DNA from: Takakia lepidozioides | Lineage: Eukaryota; Plantae; Bryophyta | Direction of reading: 5' to 3' | Length of the DNA stretch: 64,000 nucleotides | Assembly (NCBI GenBank): GCA_030704615.1 | Contig: CM060734.1 | Coordinates: forward strand, 34,100,001 to 34,164,000 | Part shown: one piece after another, positions 35,839-49,444 of the stretch | How the letters are laid out: each line of letters starts with the position of its first letter | Position numbering within the stretch: position 1 is the first letter of the stretch | Position numbers and translations under genes: made by a program | The notes under the pieces: generated by a model | Databases searched by the model: none | The model's input: only the letters and a program-made list of their open reading frames with translations | What the model was told of the DNA's origin: nothing

Positions 35839-38584
35839 CTAAAGGTTAGCCTCCTCCAAATTCGCGTGCGCCTTCACTGCTTCCACCGCTGTAATTCTCT
35901 TGGTGCTATTTCTTGTCGTATTTTTTCGTGGCGGCATTGTCCACACGACATTGTTCATGTGGATCCATTGAGCAGGATCTGACGGGTTGTACTCCCAAAC
36001 TTTTGACCAGCAGTCCCTGTACCTCTCAAAGTCTGAGGGGTTACCTCTTTTCTTCGGTCTCCACCACTCCACCTTCACTTTCTTAAAATTAGGATCTTCC
36101 CTTTCTCAGATGACATTTGAAATTGTCATTCCCATCCAGACCAGGCACGTCGTTGGGTCATGAGGGCGAACGAGCACAAAAAACCCTTTCTCAATATCCT
36201 TGAACAGATTCAAGGGTATCATTGGACGCTCGCACCTAGGGCCACAGTAAGATTCTGGAACTTCATCCTCATCTTCAATATCTTCCAGTATCTGTGGCTG
36301 GATGCCATCCCTCCGATGGTTTGAGGACCAATTTGTTTTCGGCCTGAATCCCTCAAGAAGCTGAATACGATCCGGAATGTCCTACATTGGCTTAGCAAGT
36401 TCTGCGAGAATATTTCCCCAGTATTGGTCGTATAGTTCTATTACACCCCGGTAATGATCGTCAAGCAACATTCCTTTGGTCCAAAAATCTCTGTATTTCT
36501 TAATACCATTTTTTATGAATGACTGTTTTTCGGAGGAGTCATCCCCGACTCCCCATATCGGTCTTCTTGGAACGACATCTGGGTCTCCTTCAGGGAGATT
36601 TGGAGTCCCATCAGGGTTGGACTTCCACATATTAACGCTGGAGTTTGTAGGAAGCCACTCCGAATCAGTAACTGACTTCTTGTACTTCATAACGGGCCAG
36701 CCATCCGCATCCTTAAAAAACCAAAAGACGTGCATCTCTGAGATCCCGACCAAAGCCTCATTTCCATCAAGAATACAACCCTTAACAAACTTCTTGAAGT
36801 CGGGAACCTCCTGAATAATTTGAGGAATGAATTGCATATCTTGGGAGATCATGAATGACCTCATCAAATCTGGAAGAATGTAGGTGATGCGTTCTTTTAG
36901 CTTCTTCGAGAGATAGCTAAAGAATCCGTCAATATCCTCATGGGTATGTCCGACCATGAGAAAACCAAGCTGGATCTCTTCAAAGACATCTTTGGTAGTG
37001 AAGAGGGATAGGAAAGCAAGCATCCATCTGTTCTTATTGTCTTTGGAGGAGTTGTCCATCAGCAAATAAAGTCGTCTAGGAAGTGCGAACACCACGTTTA
37101 TCTTGCGGCCTACAAGGTTTTAGAGCCTCCAAACATCTCGATTTACCTCTCATGAGCGTTTAAAAAAAACCTTTTTGAACTTCAGTATCGAAAATGTTCC
37201 TGGATTCCCGATATGTCAGTTTTTCCAGTTGGCGCAGGCACCGAGCCAGCGACCAAATTGTGAAGTTTGAATTGTCCTTCCAGAACTCAAGAGAAAATGG
37301 AGCGTAAGCTCCATCACCGTGTCCGTGCGTAACCATTCCTGTCAATGAGACATGCAACTAACCTAATCCCGAGACCATCTTGTTCGTCGTCTGTAGCCTC
37401 GGAATAGTCGTTTTCCTATGATCCATCTTATCGTGAATAATACACATGAACTCCTCCGGAATCATAACAGACTCATTCCTCCAGCTATGGTACAGCCTTC
37501 TCATGACTCTTGATGCCTCAAGTGTAAATCAAGCGCCCGTTTATGTGCGACATGTTCGGAACTCCTCTTAATTGACTTCTTGATCAAGTCCTTCAACATC
37601 TCGCATTCTGTGCACTTAGGAAAGGTGCTTCCGGTTTTTCGAACCTCCACGTTAGGAAATATTCGATTCCGTATACGGCTTACAGCTGGCTGCGAGACTC
37701 CTTTCAAACCAAGAAGTATGTTCGTCTGCACCCCAACTCCCCAATAATGTCAATGTCCACTGGGCAGTGGAGGTTCTACAAAGTGGAAGAACAAGAAAGC
37801 ATGATGGCATCAACAAGAATAAAATCAGCCACAGTATTTTGAAAAAGGAAAAGTGGACAACGAATAAAAGTCACTGCGTTGGACTCCTCTCGAATTCTCT
37901 TCCAGTTCATTTCGGGTGGTAAAATTCTCAAAGTATCCCGACGTCCCTCTCCAATGCAACATGTTTTGTGAGGCATAATGTCAGTATTGACATTGATAAT
38001 GGACATAATGTTCCCCTCTGCCTGGAGTGTCCCTGGTCGAGGCCGCTTGACGCCACGATTTCCATGGAAGATAACAAATAGCCCTCTTTACTAAGTTTTT
38101 TGTACTTCATGTACGTTGACCTTCCAATTCCGTGTATTATCCACCATGCTTTCTCACAAACATCAACACCTTCTATTGTAACATACGACCTGCGCAATGC
38201 CCCTTTCATAATGTGTAGTCGTTTTGAAACATTCAATCCAAGTTCTCTCCTCTCATCGAATGACAAACCCCAAAATGCAGTACGAATTGCCAAGGTTTTT
38301 CTCCAATCAAAATACTGGCAGCACTGAAGCTTGCAGCAAGGTTTGTTGCTCACCGACCTCACTTCTTCCAAAGTAAGATTTTTCTTGCACTTTTTTTAGT
38401 CCTCCAAATTGGATGGTTTCTTCTTCCTAGTAAAATGCCTGTATGTTGCTTTCTTTACGCCTGTACCATGGTCGTCATTCTCCATGTTACTGCATAATCG
38501 TAGGAAATTTTCAAGATCAACGGAGAGTATCCGGCCATTTTCAAGAACTCTTGTTTTTGTTAACGGCCATTTCACAATGGACAT
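35839..38584 (-). mobile_element. Sola1/DUF7869-like DDD transposase pseudogene (intron ~37872-37727)
   Basis: N-terminal PCCKLQCC..VCEKAWWIIHGI, FPKCTEC, IIHDKMDH (D1), LLMDNSSKDNKN (D2), FLMVGHTHEDIDGFFS (D3) and C-terminal KGFFVLVRP..VWMG..VKVEWWRP. Several frameshifts and stops. Confidence 0.8.
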
Positions 38585-40405
38585 CAGAGAACCGGATTCT
38601 CCAGAGATCCAAACACGAGGGATAGACGCCTCGTGTCGGGTATCCCTCGATAAATGGGCAGTCCCTATGGTGGCTATGGACCTTAAATCGAGGAATGCCC
38701 GACACGAGGGGCCATCTACTATCCTTAAAGCCGTATGTCACATGGCACTTGCGGGTGTTGTTAGGGAATATTGACGTCTGGCGGCTAACAGCCGAAAATG
38801 ATTGTGGACGCTCATAATGAGACAATGATTATACAGTGTGACGAATCCGTAGGTACAGCGTTGTGTCCTCTGGCAAATTGCGTTCGAAACGACTGCCTAG
38901 GCGTGTCACGTGGGTGGTCACATGTGCGTTTGGGGCGTGGGTTAAGATTTGGCGGCTTCGAATCTATTTTAAGATTTTTGCAAGCGTGAGGGTTGCAGAG
39001 TCTGATCAATGGCGTCATTACAGTCATTTCGTCCTTTTTTCACTCGTCTGTCCAGTCGTCTGTCCAAACGTGTGTGCATTCGTCTGTCAATTTGGAACAA
39101 AAGTTGAGCTAATTTCATCTGTGTGGATGGACAATATTAATGTTAGTTTGCGTGGATGGGGCAGAACATCCATTTGGGCCGCGCGACCATTCGATTTCAG
39201 ACGGAGGCGATTGTTCATATCATCCTTGAAGGTCGCTTATAAGGGGTGCGCTCTTTGAGCCCGACCTTTGGGCTTCCCATTTTCTACGCGTAAGCGCTGC
39301 GCGAGTGAGAGCTTGACAGTTGGGAGAGGAGAGCGTGAAAAGGAAGAGTTTTGGAGTGCGTTTTGCAGCCACTTGGACACTGGAGCGTAGAGAGAAAGAG
39401 AGCAGATTTGGCTGAGTGTAGAGAGAGCAGAGGGTGAAAGGTGAGAGAGTGAAATAGGTGAAATTTGAAGGGCGGGGAGGAGAGACAAGACAATGGTGAG
39501 TGGAGATTGACGAGTGCAGAGGTGAGAGCACAGTACAATTACCGGCAGGTGGAGGTGCGGAAAAGAGAATCAAACGAAGGACTGTGGTTGCAGGGGCACC
39601 AAAATGGCCGGCACAAGTAGGTACAACATTGAGAACTCCATCTTTTTGTCTTATGTTTCATGTTTTGTGTTGGCCTATTCTCAATTCATGTGTTGGCATG
39701 TTCTCAGTTTTGTGTTGGCCCGCTCTCGATTCATGTGGCCTGTTCTCGATTCAATTCGTTTGGATCCTGCTTCATTCTATGCTGCACTGCACTATCTTCA
39801 GTGCACTCTCATGTCTGCTTCAGTGCTTCAGTCTGTGCTTCGGTGCACATTAGGTTTCTTTGTCTGCTTCGTTGTTTGCTTCATTCCTGCTTCATTCTCT
39901 GTCAATTCATTTCACTCCTGCTCCATTATGTGCTTCAGTGCACTCCCGCTTCATTGCTTCACTGTTGTTTTTCAATTCACCGATGGTTTGTAGGGTGGTT
40001 TTGTGTGGTGGTTTTGTGTGCAATAGGGTTTGTCTGTGCTTGTTCTAGTCGATTAGGGTAATGGTTTAGGATGGCGGGAGATTACCATGCTGGTTGTATT
40101 GCTTGTTTTGTTCATTGTGGTGGTTTTTTGAGGACAGTGGTTTCGGAAATGTCCGGATGTTTTCTTGATCCCCAAATCCAGCGTTAGTTTTTTCTTATCA
40201 ATCAATAATTTCTTCCCATTCAAATTCGATTCTGAATGGAAATTTTCATTTCTTATCCAATTGTGTCGAATTTGGCAATTCTGAAAAACCACGATAGCCT
40301 AGTCTACTTGTATTCTACAGTAGACATAGGCTAACAGTAGGCTTCGTGCAGGCCAGAGTAGACTATTCGTAGACCCATGTCATGCACATGAGGAACAATA
40401 AACTG

Positions 40406-40634
40406 GAACCTCCACTGCCCAGTGGAGGTTCGCGTGAATTCTGTATGGAGAAGCTGAAAGACATTTTTTTAAAGTAAAGACGAAATCGGATAATTCCGGG
40501 AAAAATGAAAATCAATGTGAGACGATGTGGGAACGAGTGTTGGAATCATATGTGTAACATTGTAAGTGTGACACATACTTTCCAACGAGACTGGAATACG
40601 ATAATTGGGAACCTCCACTACCCAGTGGAGGTTC
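40406..40634. repeat. Two copies of the 26-bp palindrome GAACCTCCACT-(G/A)CCC-AGTGGAGGTTC (40406-40431, 40609-40634); further copies at 37756-37776 (partial, opposite orientation) and 41287-41312 (3 mismatches)
   Basis: Read directly: 11-bp arms with a 4-nt centre, or 9-bp arms with an 8-nt centre. Confidence 0.9.
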
Positions 40635-40685
40635 AATATTTCTTTGGGTCAGCCAGTTACACACTCTGATTATTTATTCTGTCAG

Positions 40686-41395
40686 TATGAGAAAGAGGAG
40701 CGAGGGTGGGAACCGGTGTCTGACGATGAGTACAAGACCGTAAGCTTAAATTGGAGCAAGAGACGGTGTTCGGTAGACGTGATGGAAGCAGACCATCCAG
40801 ATCAAGAACATGGTGTTTTGGAACCAGATGAAAAATCCAGTTGGGGGTCTACCGAGCCGAACAAAATGTCTGGGATTGACGAAAATGTGACTGTAGAATC
40901 CGCGAAACGCAGCCGAATCTCCCAATAATAGACCTCAAGACTACTCCACGGAAATAAGAGATAACGTTCATGAAAACAATGATGTCAACGGATCTCCTGC
41001 TTACTCCCAAGATTATCCGACATACACCCCTCCAGACTATTCCCCGGATACATTGGCAGTGATACGAGAGACCGTTTTTGGATTTCCCGCATCTCCGGGT
41101 TACTCGCCAGCATCTCCTGAATCCACAACAGGATCTGCAGGATATTACCCTCCAAACTTTTCCCTGGACACTGCAACGAGACATGGAGTTCTGGAACTCC
41201 AGGACGTCTCCGGATCTCCAGGATACTCCCCTGTGTCTCCTGATAGTGTCACCGGGGAAGCCTCGTGTAGAAAGCCTTGTGCATATGAACCTCCATTGTC
41301 CAGTGTAGGTTCTTATATATGGAATGATGGATGCTAGTAAGAGAGATCTTGTTATTTTATTATCTAATGAATTTGTGTTTGGTTGTAACAGAAGA
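40686..41395 (+). pseudogene. Divergently oriented low-complexity ORF with YSP-type repeats, truncated by a CACTA insertion
   Basis: After a CAG acceptor at ~40685: EKEERGWEPVSDDEY..., then GSPAYSQDYPTYTPPDYSPD..SPGYSPASP..YYPP..SPGYSPVSP..YEPP. Putative intron ~41306-41391, then CACTA begins 4 nt into the next exon. Confidence 0.45.
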
Positions 41396-42010
41396 CACTA
41401 CAGCAAATGGGGGAGGTTTGCGACGCCAGCCGCGCCCCCACGCCCCGCGCGGCGCCGAGCGTGCGACGCCAACCCCACGGAGCGTGTTTGCGACGCCGGG
41501 CCGTCACAGCCAAACCCCGCGGGTCGCCACCTGGCACCGGGGCCAAGCGGCGACGCCTGGCCGTCGCACAGAGTGATGAAGGGCAAATGGCAGCCCTTCC
41601 AAGCGTCGCCCCCCAGCAAAGGGCAGAAGGCAGCCCTTTCTGGCGACGGCCGGTCGTCGAACACCGGAAAAAAAAAAAACCCTTTCTTGCCATTTCTTTC
41701 ATCGCAGCCCTTTCTTGCGACGCCAGGCCGTCGCATGGTGGCATGAAGGGCAAAAGGCCCTTGCGACGGCCGGGCATCGCATACTGCCCGGCTGCCCTAT
41801 TCTTGCAAAAAAAAAAAAAAAGGGGTCACAGTTTGCGATGGCTGGTCGTCGCCGTTTGCGACCCCCGGCCTCATAAATCCATTCAAAAAAACAGGTCGCA
41901 GTTGGCGACGGTTGGCCGTCGCTGTTTGCGACCCCCGGCCTCTTAAATCCTAAAAACCGCCTCGCACGTGGTGAAGCGTGGGGGTCGCAGGCAGCGACGG
42001 CAGGGCTTTC
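41396..42010 (+). mobile_element. CACTA (EnSpm) transposon terminus with subterminal repeats
   Basis: Starts CACTACAGCAAATGGG, followed by ~600 bp with many TTGCGACG/CGTCGC motifs in both orientations. Confidence 0.75.
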
Positions 42011-42274
42011 TAGGTTTAGGTTTATGGCCTTTGGGGGTACTTAGTTTTTTTTTTTTTCCCCATATGGTACTGGGGTAGGGTGTTTGTTTTTCTTTATGGT
42101 TTAGCTTGTTGTTGTGGACCTTCTTGTAGATTGTGACATTCTTTTTGATAATTCTCTTGATACCACATCTGTATGTGTTGCTCCAACATATTCATTGCCT
42201 CTGCCTTCTTTCTTGAAAGACTACCAGCCACAGCCATATTTGATCAATCATAGAAATAAAGTACAGTATGCATG

Positions 42275-42965
42275 TACATGTATGTGTGTTCCAGACAAGC
42301 CACCATAATCTTTGCCATCATTGCCATGTTTATTAACAAGCTGAAAGCCAGTTAGACCATGGCCTAAGAATTAATGTGTGTGTCCCACACAAGTCACCAT
42401 CCTCTCAGCCATCATTGAAAGGTTTAAACAAGGCCTAAGAAGTGATGTGTGTGTCCCACACAAGCATCATAGTCAGCACCTGTATGTTAAACCTCACAGG
42501 CTGGAGACAAAGCAAAAAAAGGCTACAAGCTGATGTGTGTGTCCCACACGAACCACCATGGTCTTTGCCATCATTGCCAGGTTTATTAACAAGCTGAAGC
42601 CAAGTAAGCCAGGGCCTAAACTGATGTGTGTGTCCCTCACAAGTCACCATATTCTCAGCCATCATTGCAGGGTTAAACACTGTCCGGGAAGGTACCCAAA
42701 GGGCTGCAGCAAACTATAACTTGCAGCACCTATATGTTTACCCTAACAAACCGGAGGCAAAGCAAATCAGGGCCTAAAAACTGATGTATGTGTCCCACAC
42801 AAACCACCATAACTCAGCCACCATTGCAGGGTTTAAACAATGCACGGGAAGGTACCCAAAGGGCTACCGCAAACAATACATTGTAGCGCCTTTATGCTTA
42901 ACCTGACAGGTTGGGGGCAAGGCAAGGCAAATCAAGGCAAGGCAGTCTCAGCCATCATTGCAAAA
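42275..42965. repeat. Degenerate tandem repeats (TGATGTGTGTGTCCCACACAA...GCCATCATTGC)
   Basis: The core recurs near 42280, 42375, 42445, 42533, 42623 and 42783, with a higher-order ~250-bp structure. Confidence 0.8.
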
Positions 42966-43079
42966 CAGGGGCCCTCCACCAATCTGGAAAGGATTACCCA
43001 CCACAAGTAGCACTATACTGTCCTTCACAGATCAACATAGAGGTAGGATCATGAAAAACATAGAGTAGTTTAGTTTTTC

Positions 43080-46000
43080 AGATTTCAAGATGAATCCACA
43101 GCCAGCCGCCATCTTCACTCCTCTGTAATCCTCATGGTACCCTGCAGCACTTAGCAATCAGCATATTAAGTGGAATCCCTCACCTGTGCCCGTCCCAAAA
43201 ACAACCACGACGCATTGTGAATTAGTGAGGATGCACGAGGTGAGTAGCAGGCTTCCACACTTGCTATCGAGGTCAAATACACTTGAATCTAAGCACAGAG
43301 AATGCCAAAGAAAGCAAGGAAGCAAGACAAACATAAAAAGAACCTTTTTTACTGTTTGGGGGATGGTCGCCATCTCTCCACAAGCCCAACCGTGCAGGGA
43401 GGTCTCCGCCAACACCACAACACTGTTACCTTAACCAAAGCAAAGTCTTGCCAAGCACAAGAAAAAAGAGCTTTGTCTCATAAGGTAGGGTTTATAAAGG
43501 GAGGGAGAGAGAGACTTCCTTGTTTTACCAAGATGCCGCCATTCATCAAAGATCCAGAGGAGGGCTCCTGAGGAAACTTCACAAGCAGGCAGGTGGTACC
43601 TCTGCCATCACTGCCTTTGTTCCCTTGTGCAGCAAAAAAACAGACAAATGAGACAGTGCCTTCACTCACCTCAAAAAAACCGCCGTCTCCTTAATGAATC
43701 CATAGGGGCGGCATTCATAGAGTCTTTAAACAATCCAAGGAGCGGCAACTCAACGTAACTGCAGCTCGAGCACCTTCTCCTCCTCCATGCCGCCATTGCA
43801 CGATCCTTCAACGCAAGAGGCAGAAATAGGGTTGCACAGGGACCTTACCTTGTCTTGCCACAACAGTCATCCACTGTCCGGATGAATTTCATCCAGCATA
43901 GCCTTGAACCCGGCGGACAGATTCCAATTTCCATCAAGGTAGGATGAGAAAAATCGGGAAAATACACCAAGGTTCAACACATCACAGCTATGGTATAGGC
44001 TGGATGAAATCAAGGTAGGCTATACTGAAAAATTGTAGGCAGTAATGAAAAATCAGATATGTGCCAAGGTAAAACGGATGAAACCAGGATGAAATTCAAT
44101 CTGGTTTTCTCTGCAACCCAGATTTTAAGCACAAAAAATATGGAAGTCGGGATAACAATTCCATAGACCCAGGTAACAGAGGGAGAGAGAGGGAGACATC
44201 AGGGGGCAACAAAGAAAAGAAAAGAAGGTGGGGGGGGGGGGGAGTGACTGAGCAGCAGCGTCACTCCCCCCCCCCCACATTTTTTTTTTCCCTTTGTTGC
44301 CCCCTCTCTTGGGGAAACAAAAGGGACAGATCCTACCTCTGTCAGGGGCTGACGTTGGTAGTAAGACTTACCTTCACATATAGAATTAATCCGGGTTTTC
44401 CAGATATCCTCTACAAATCCCTTCACACAAGCATCAATCTGCTATGTGTGAGATGCCCAAAAACTAGGCCTCAGAAGGGGCTGGGTTTTTGGCTCAGCCT
44501 CGACTTTTTCAAAGTTAGTAAACAGAGGTACATGCACAATTCCCTTGATAGATTTGAAGAGAGCGTCTCTTTGGTGAGAGAACCCCGGACAGTGTATCAG
44601 AAAATGAGTACTATCTTCAGATTGCCCACACAACGGGCAATTGCACTCTCCCTTTCCTCTCTGCTTCTGTTTGCTGTTCAAAGGTAGGCTTCCTGCCCTG
44701 AGTTTAAATTTCAGTCTAGTGCCGAGAGTGGGTAGACCCTTGAGGTCATCCAAGATGTCCTCCCCCATGTCACTAACTGGAAACAAGTTCAGGGAAGTTT
44801 TCTACCTAACTTCATTTTCAGCAGACAATCTCATGGCAACAGACATGGTTGGACACTACAGCCTCTAAGTCAGATTTATCCAGCAGGGTGAAGACTTGCG
44901 GTTCCAGGTCCAGGTCCTTGAGAATCTCTTCTACTGTATTCTGCCAGGACTTAGCCTGTTTGACAGGTCGGTGGGCGGTCCTGTTTCCAAGATATAGAGT
45001 CGATTAACTTAGGATATCTGGTGTTGGACATATGCTGCAGCTGACCCCACCATCTGACCTCCCCCCCCCCCCCCAACCCATTTTTTTTCATTGTTGCCCC
45101 CTCTCTCCCTCTGTCTCCTTCCTCAGAACTGGCCGGTTGCATCAATGTTCTTTTCATGATTTTCCATCTATACCAGATGGACTCTAAAATGTGTTTTCAC
45201 CCGACTTGTAAAGGTTTTCTATCCATACCGGAAGAATCACCTGGGTAGACACTAAAGTACCTTTAAAAAAAACCTATAATTTTTCATTCCTCTTTTATTG
45301 ACTTTCATCTATATGAGATGAGTCACCAGAGAATGAGGAATTACCTCCATAGGGGTTATGACACTGGCATCCTATCTATAATTTTTCCATCCATGCCGGA
45401 TGAAAAATACCAGGATTTGAATTCGTTTTATTCCCCCTTTATGCTTTTTTTCCGTACTAGATGAGGCTTTCTCTTAAGGGATGACAAATTAACCGTTGCC
45501 CTGGATGATGTATACTATTTTTTCATCTTGCTGATGGACCTCATCCAAATAAATGAACCTATTTATTTTTTCATCTGGACCGGATGAAAAAAGCAGCTTA
45601 TGATGGCCATGGAGATTTTTTTAATTACCCTTAATTATTGCTAATTAAGGAGTGAAACCCTAACTCCTACCCTATAATCTACTGTTTAAACCTAGCTAAC
45701 GGATGACATCCATCGGGTTTTTAAGAGAAATGGTATTGATTATTCATCCTCCGGATGAAAAATCGGGCTCTGCCCTAGGGTGTCTCTCCCGCTGTCAGCT
45801 GCATTCCTCGTGCTGCTGAGCTCGTGAGTTATGGCGTCTGAGCTCTGCTACTACCCTGTCTGCTGCTTCATGCCGGATGAGCTCCTGGGGATGCGCAATG
45901 GCTCACAGGCGGGAGAACCCGTTGTGATGGCATCGTCCCTTTCCCTCCTCTGGCTTTTATGTTTCGCAGCGGCGCTTTGGTGGGGAAGTATATCGCTCCC

Positions 46001-49000
46001 TCTCCCTTCTTAGACCTAGCATTTGCATGCTTCGCTTCTCCTTTGTTGCGCTGGAGGTGGCGTGTTGGTGGCGATGGCGCAGTGTTACCTTCCCCAATCG
46101 CTCAAGAGCTTTTGGCGATTAGGGTTCCTTTTACTTCATATCTTTCTCTCTTATTTTTGGGGTTCTTAGTTGACATCGATAACAAGTGTAGGGGTCTGTG
46201 ATTCACCTGGGGTTCCACAATCCTCACTAACCCATTGGTTTTTGTGGGGGCTTGTGATGGGACCAGGTGAGGATCCCTACCTACTTTGAATTCTCTTGAG
46301 CTTGCAGATAAGGAGTGCAAAAGGAACATATTGCTGCTGCCTGCAGCCCCGATTTTGGCCCGCTTGCTCCCGGTTTGACATGATGATGCTTGCTTTTGAC
46401 TTATCTTTTGCTGCTGCCGATGGAGCACTTTGGCCTGGCAGCCGTGTCTCATGCAGCACTGCATGTGAATCCTACCTTGTCTTGAATCTTTGACAGCTTT
46501 GCCTGTGGATTTTTAGACTAGGTTCCCCTTTCTTTTGGCCTTAAAAGAGGATTGATGGTGTAAGGGACAAGTCATAAGTGGTTGTTTGGCTCTAAGGATG
46601 ATGAGACCTGAGTTTTGTTAAAGAAGACAGCCTGATAAGGCAGTGACAGGCCGTTTTCAGACCTGGTTTTGTTGTGAAATGGAGCATAGTGAGGTTCTAT
46701 TTGCTAAATACATTTGGCCAAATGTGAAGCTGTAATATGGCTTACCTTGCCCAAGAAGTGTACTTGGTGGCAGGCTTGAAGTGTAATTAATTGCAGGCTG
46801 GTCCTTCCTGCTGCCGGTGTGAACACTCACTGAATGTGTTGCAAGGCAGACTGTTCTTACCTACTTTGCATAGTGCTTGTCTTGGATCACCTCAAGGTAC
46901 TTGTGTATACATATCTTGGATCTATATTGTGGCAAGATACTCTTATATGCCCATGATATTTTGCATGGTGCATATCTTATGGATAACTATGGATGATGTA
47001 ATCTGAGGCTGCAATCTGACTTATATTGTGCATAAGGGTCACTTGGGTACATGACAGGAATCTAATTATGAACATACCCTGCCCTCCTACCCTGTTTTAT
47101 CATGATTGAATGGGTGGCGTCACTTGGTGTGTTATGACAAGACTGGAAATGTTAGATGGTGCCCTGTCATGGGGCTGTTTATGTCTTTAATTGACAATGA
47201 CCCTAGTTGGTCTTGTCCATGTCTTGACATGACATGAATACCTTCCCACTCTCTCCCTCTCTCTTATTAACTTTTTCTACCCCCTATTTCCCTCCGTGGT
47301 TTTTTTTTTTTTGTGAGTAGCAACTGCTCAGTCACTCCCCCCCCACCCCACCTTTTTGTTTTTTCTTTGTTGCCCCCTCTCTCCCTCTCTCTCCCTCTCT
47401 ACTAGGAATTGGCAGTTTGCTATCAGTGTTGACTTCTTGTTTTCTCATCCTCTATCAGGCTTTTTCATCCATACCGGATGAGCCACCAGGATTTGGCCTT
47501 TTCATTCCTCCTTTATTGACTCTCATCCATACCGGATGAGTCACCATGGAAGAAAAGAACTACCTCTATGGAGGTTGCCAACAACATCATGTTTTTCCAT
47601 CCGTACCGGATGAAAAACTACCAGGGTGATAATTTTTCATTCCTCTTTTATTGATTATTTTTATCCATACCGGATGGTCTGGTGAGGAATGATAGAATTA
47701 CCTAGATGGAGCTAAGACGCTGCCACGGATGATATTCCCTACTTTTTCATCCTGACACAAGTGATCTGTCTATGGATGATGTGATTATGGCGTGGAATTG
47801 ATCTTTACTACCCCTAATTATGATTAATTATGGTGGAAACCCTAACCCCTACCCCAAAATCTATTTTTAACCTTGCTGCGGATGAAATCCATCAGGGTAT
47901 ATGGATGCGTCCTACTGTTTCTCATCCACGGATGAATAATCGAGGGACAACCCTATGTCGTCTCTCCCGCTTATGATGGGAAGTTCTCTCCCTCCTTTCT
48001 AGTGCCTTGCGATTGTGCCTGCTTTGCTTCATTGCTTATGTTTTTTGTGGAGGCGGCTTGCTGCGGGTGGTGATGGCGCATAACTCTCTACCCCAATCGC
48101 TTTAAGGTGCCTTTGGAGTTTAGGGATTCTCATGTTCTTATCTCTTTCTCTTGCTTTTGAGTTTCTTAGTTGACATCGATGACAAGTGTGAGGGTCTGTG
48201 ATTCACCTGGGGTTCCACAATCCTCACTAACCTGTTGGTTTTTGTGGGGGCTTGTGATGGGACCAGGTGAGGATCCTCACCTACTTTGAAGTTTCTTGAG
48301 CATGCAGATTGGGATATGGGCTGAGGAGACCTAGGGTTGTGCGCGTTGTGAGGTGGCTGCTGGCTGCAGCCCCGATTTCAACCCAACTGCCCTTGACTTG
48401 ATATGCTCCAGCCTGCGTTGTGGTCTTTGTCGTTCTGCCGCCGATGCGCAGCTCGGCCTGACGGGCTTGTTTCATGAGGCTTGCATACAAACCATACCTT
48501 ACCTTTTAATCTTTGACAGCACAGCCTGTGGATTACTAAGCTAGGTTGTAAGTTATTTTGGCCAAAGAGGATCTAGTTTTTGGTGGTATGTTTTTGGCGG
48601 TTTTGGGTAACTATGGATTTGATGGCCTTGAAGTTTAAGGCGGCAGCCTGGTAGGGTATTGCCCTGCTCCTTGTCAGGCCTACTTCTGATGTGTACTGGA
48701 TCGTAGTAAGGTGTTCTTTGCATGTCTTAGCATGGAACTCTTGAAGGATGAGGATGGTAAGCTGCAATGGAAGCCTACCTATTGTTTTGGATCTGTCATA
48801 ACATCAGGCCTATGACCTGCAATCTGGTTTTTTATATACAAAAGAGGCTGGATCTCGGCTGTTCATGCTGCTTGTTGGTACCAGTCTTGAACCTACAATT
48901 TGACAGGCTGCATTCACATTCCCTTGATACCTTGTATGATCACATGTCTCGGGGTGAATACAAATGATATGGAATCTATTTCATCTTGCTCAAGTTGGAC

Positions 49001-49430
49001 TGCTTGGTGGCATACTGAGATTCTGACAAACTGCAGGCTGGTCCTTACGCCTTGGCTGATGCATGACCTGCCATAATTAATGGCTGAAATGGTAGGCTGC
49101 TGGTATGTGTACAGGCTGAACCAAGAGGCCTTGCAGCCTGCACAGGGACAACAATATCTTATCTTGTCCCACACATGAACAAATGATTCATTGGCCAAGA
49201 TGGCCGGATCTCAGGTGTTCAAGATGCTTGCATCCCCTACATGAACAAACCCTGCCCTCCCACCCTGTCTTATCATGACTGATTGGGTGATGTCAATTCA
49301 TGGGAAGCTATGACAAGAATGGAAATGTTAGATGGTGCCCTGTTTTGGGTTGTTTATGTCTTTAATTGACAATGACCCTAGTGGGTCTTGTCCATGTCTT
49401 GACATGACATGAATATCTTCCCTCTCTCTT
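43080..49430. repeat. ~2.2-kb unit in two direct copies (~45060-47265, ~47320-49430) and one diverged inverted copy (~43080-44260)
   Basis: Shared blocks: TTGACATCGAT(A/G)ACAAGTGT..GGGACCAGGTGAGGATCC at 46150-46280 and 48170-48285, reverse complement at 43170-43280. ATGACAAG..ATGACCCTAG..TGACATGAATA at 47130-47240 and 49310-49415. CCGGATGAAA-rich modules at 43870-44160, 45150-45770 and 47440-47945. Confidence 0.8.
44326..45055 (-). mobile_element. LINE ORF2 3' fragment (inverted copy)
   Basis: RWWGQLQHMSNTRYPK, LKFKLRAGSLPLN..CPLCGQSEDSTHFLIHC (CCHC C-terminal zinc knuckle). Reverse complement of 49530-50095. Confidence 0.8.
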
Positions 49431-49444
49431 TTTAACTTTCTCTG

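Noticed and set aside
41324-41946. Overlapping 110-180 aa ORFs on both strands
   Set aside because: A by-product of GC-rich CACTA subterminal repeats.
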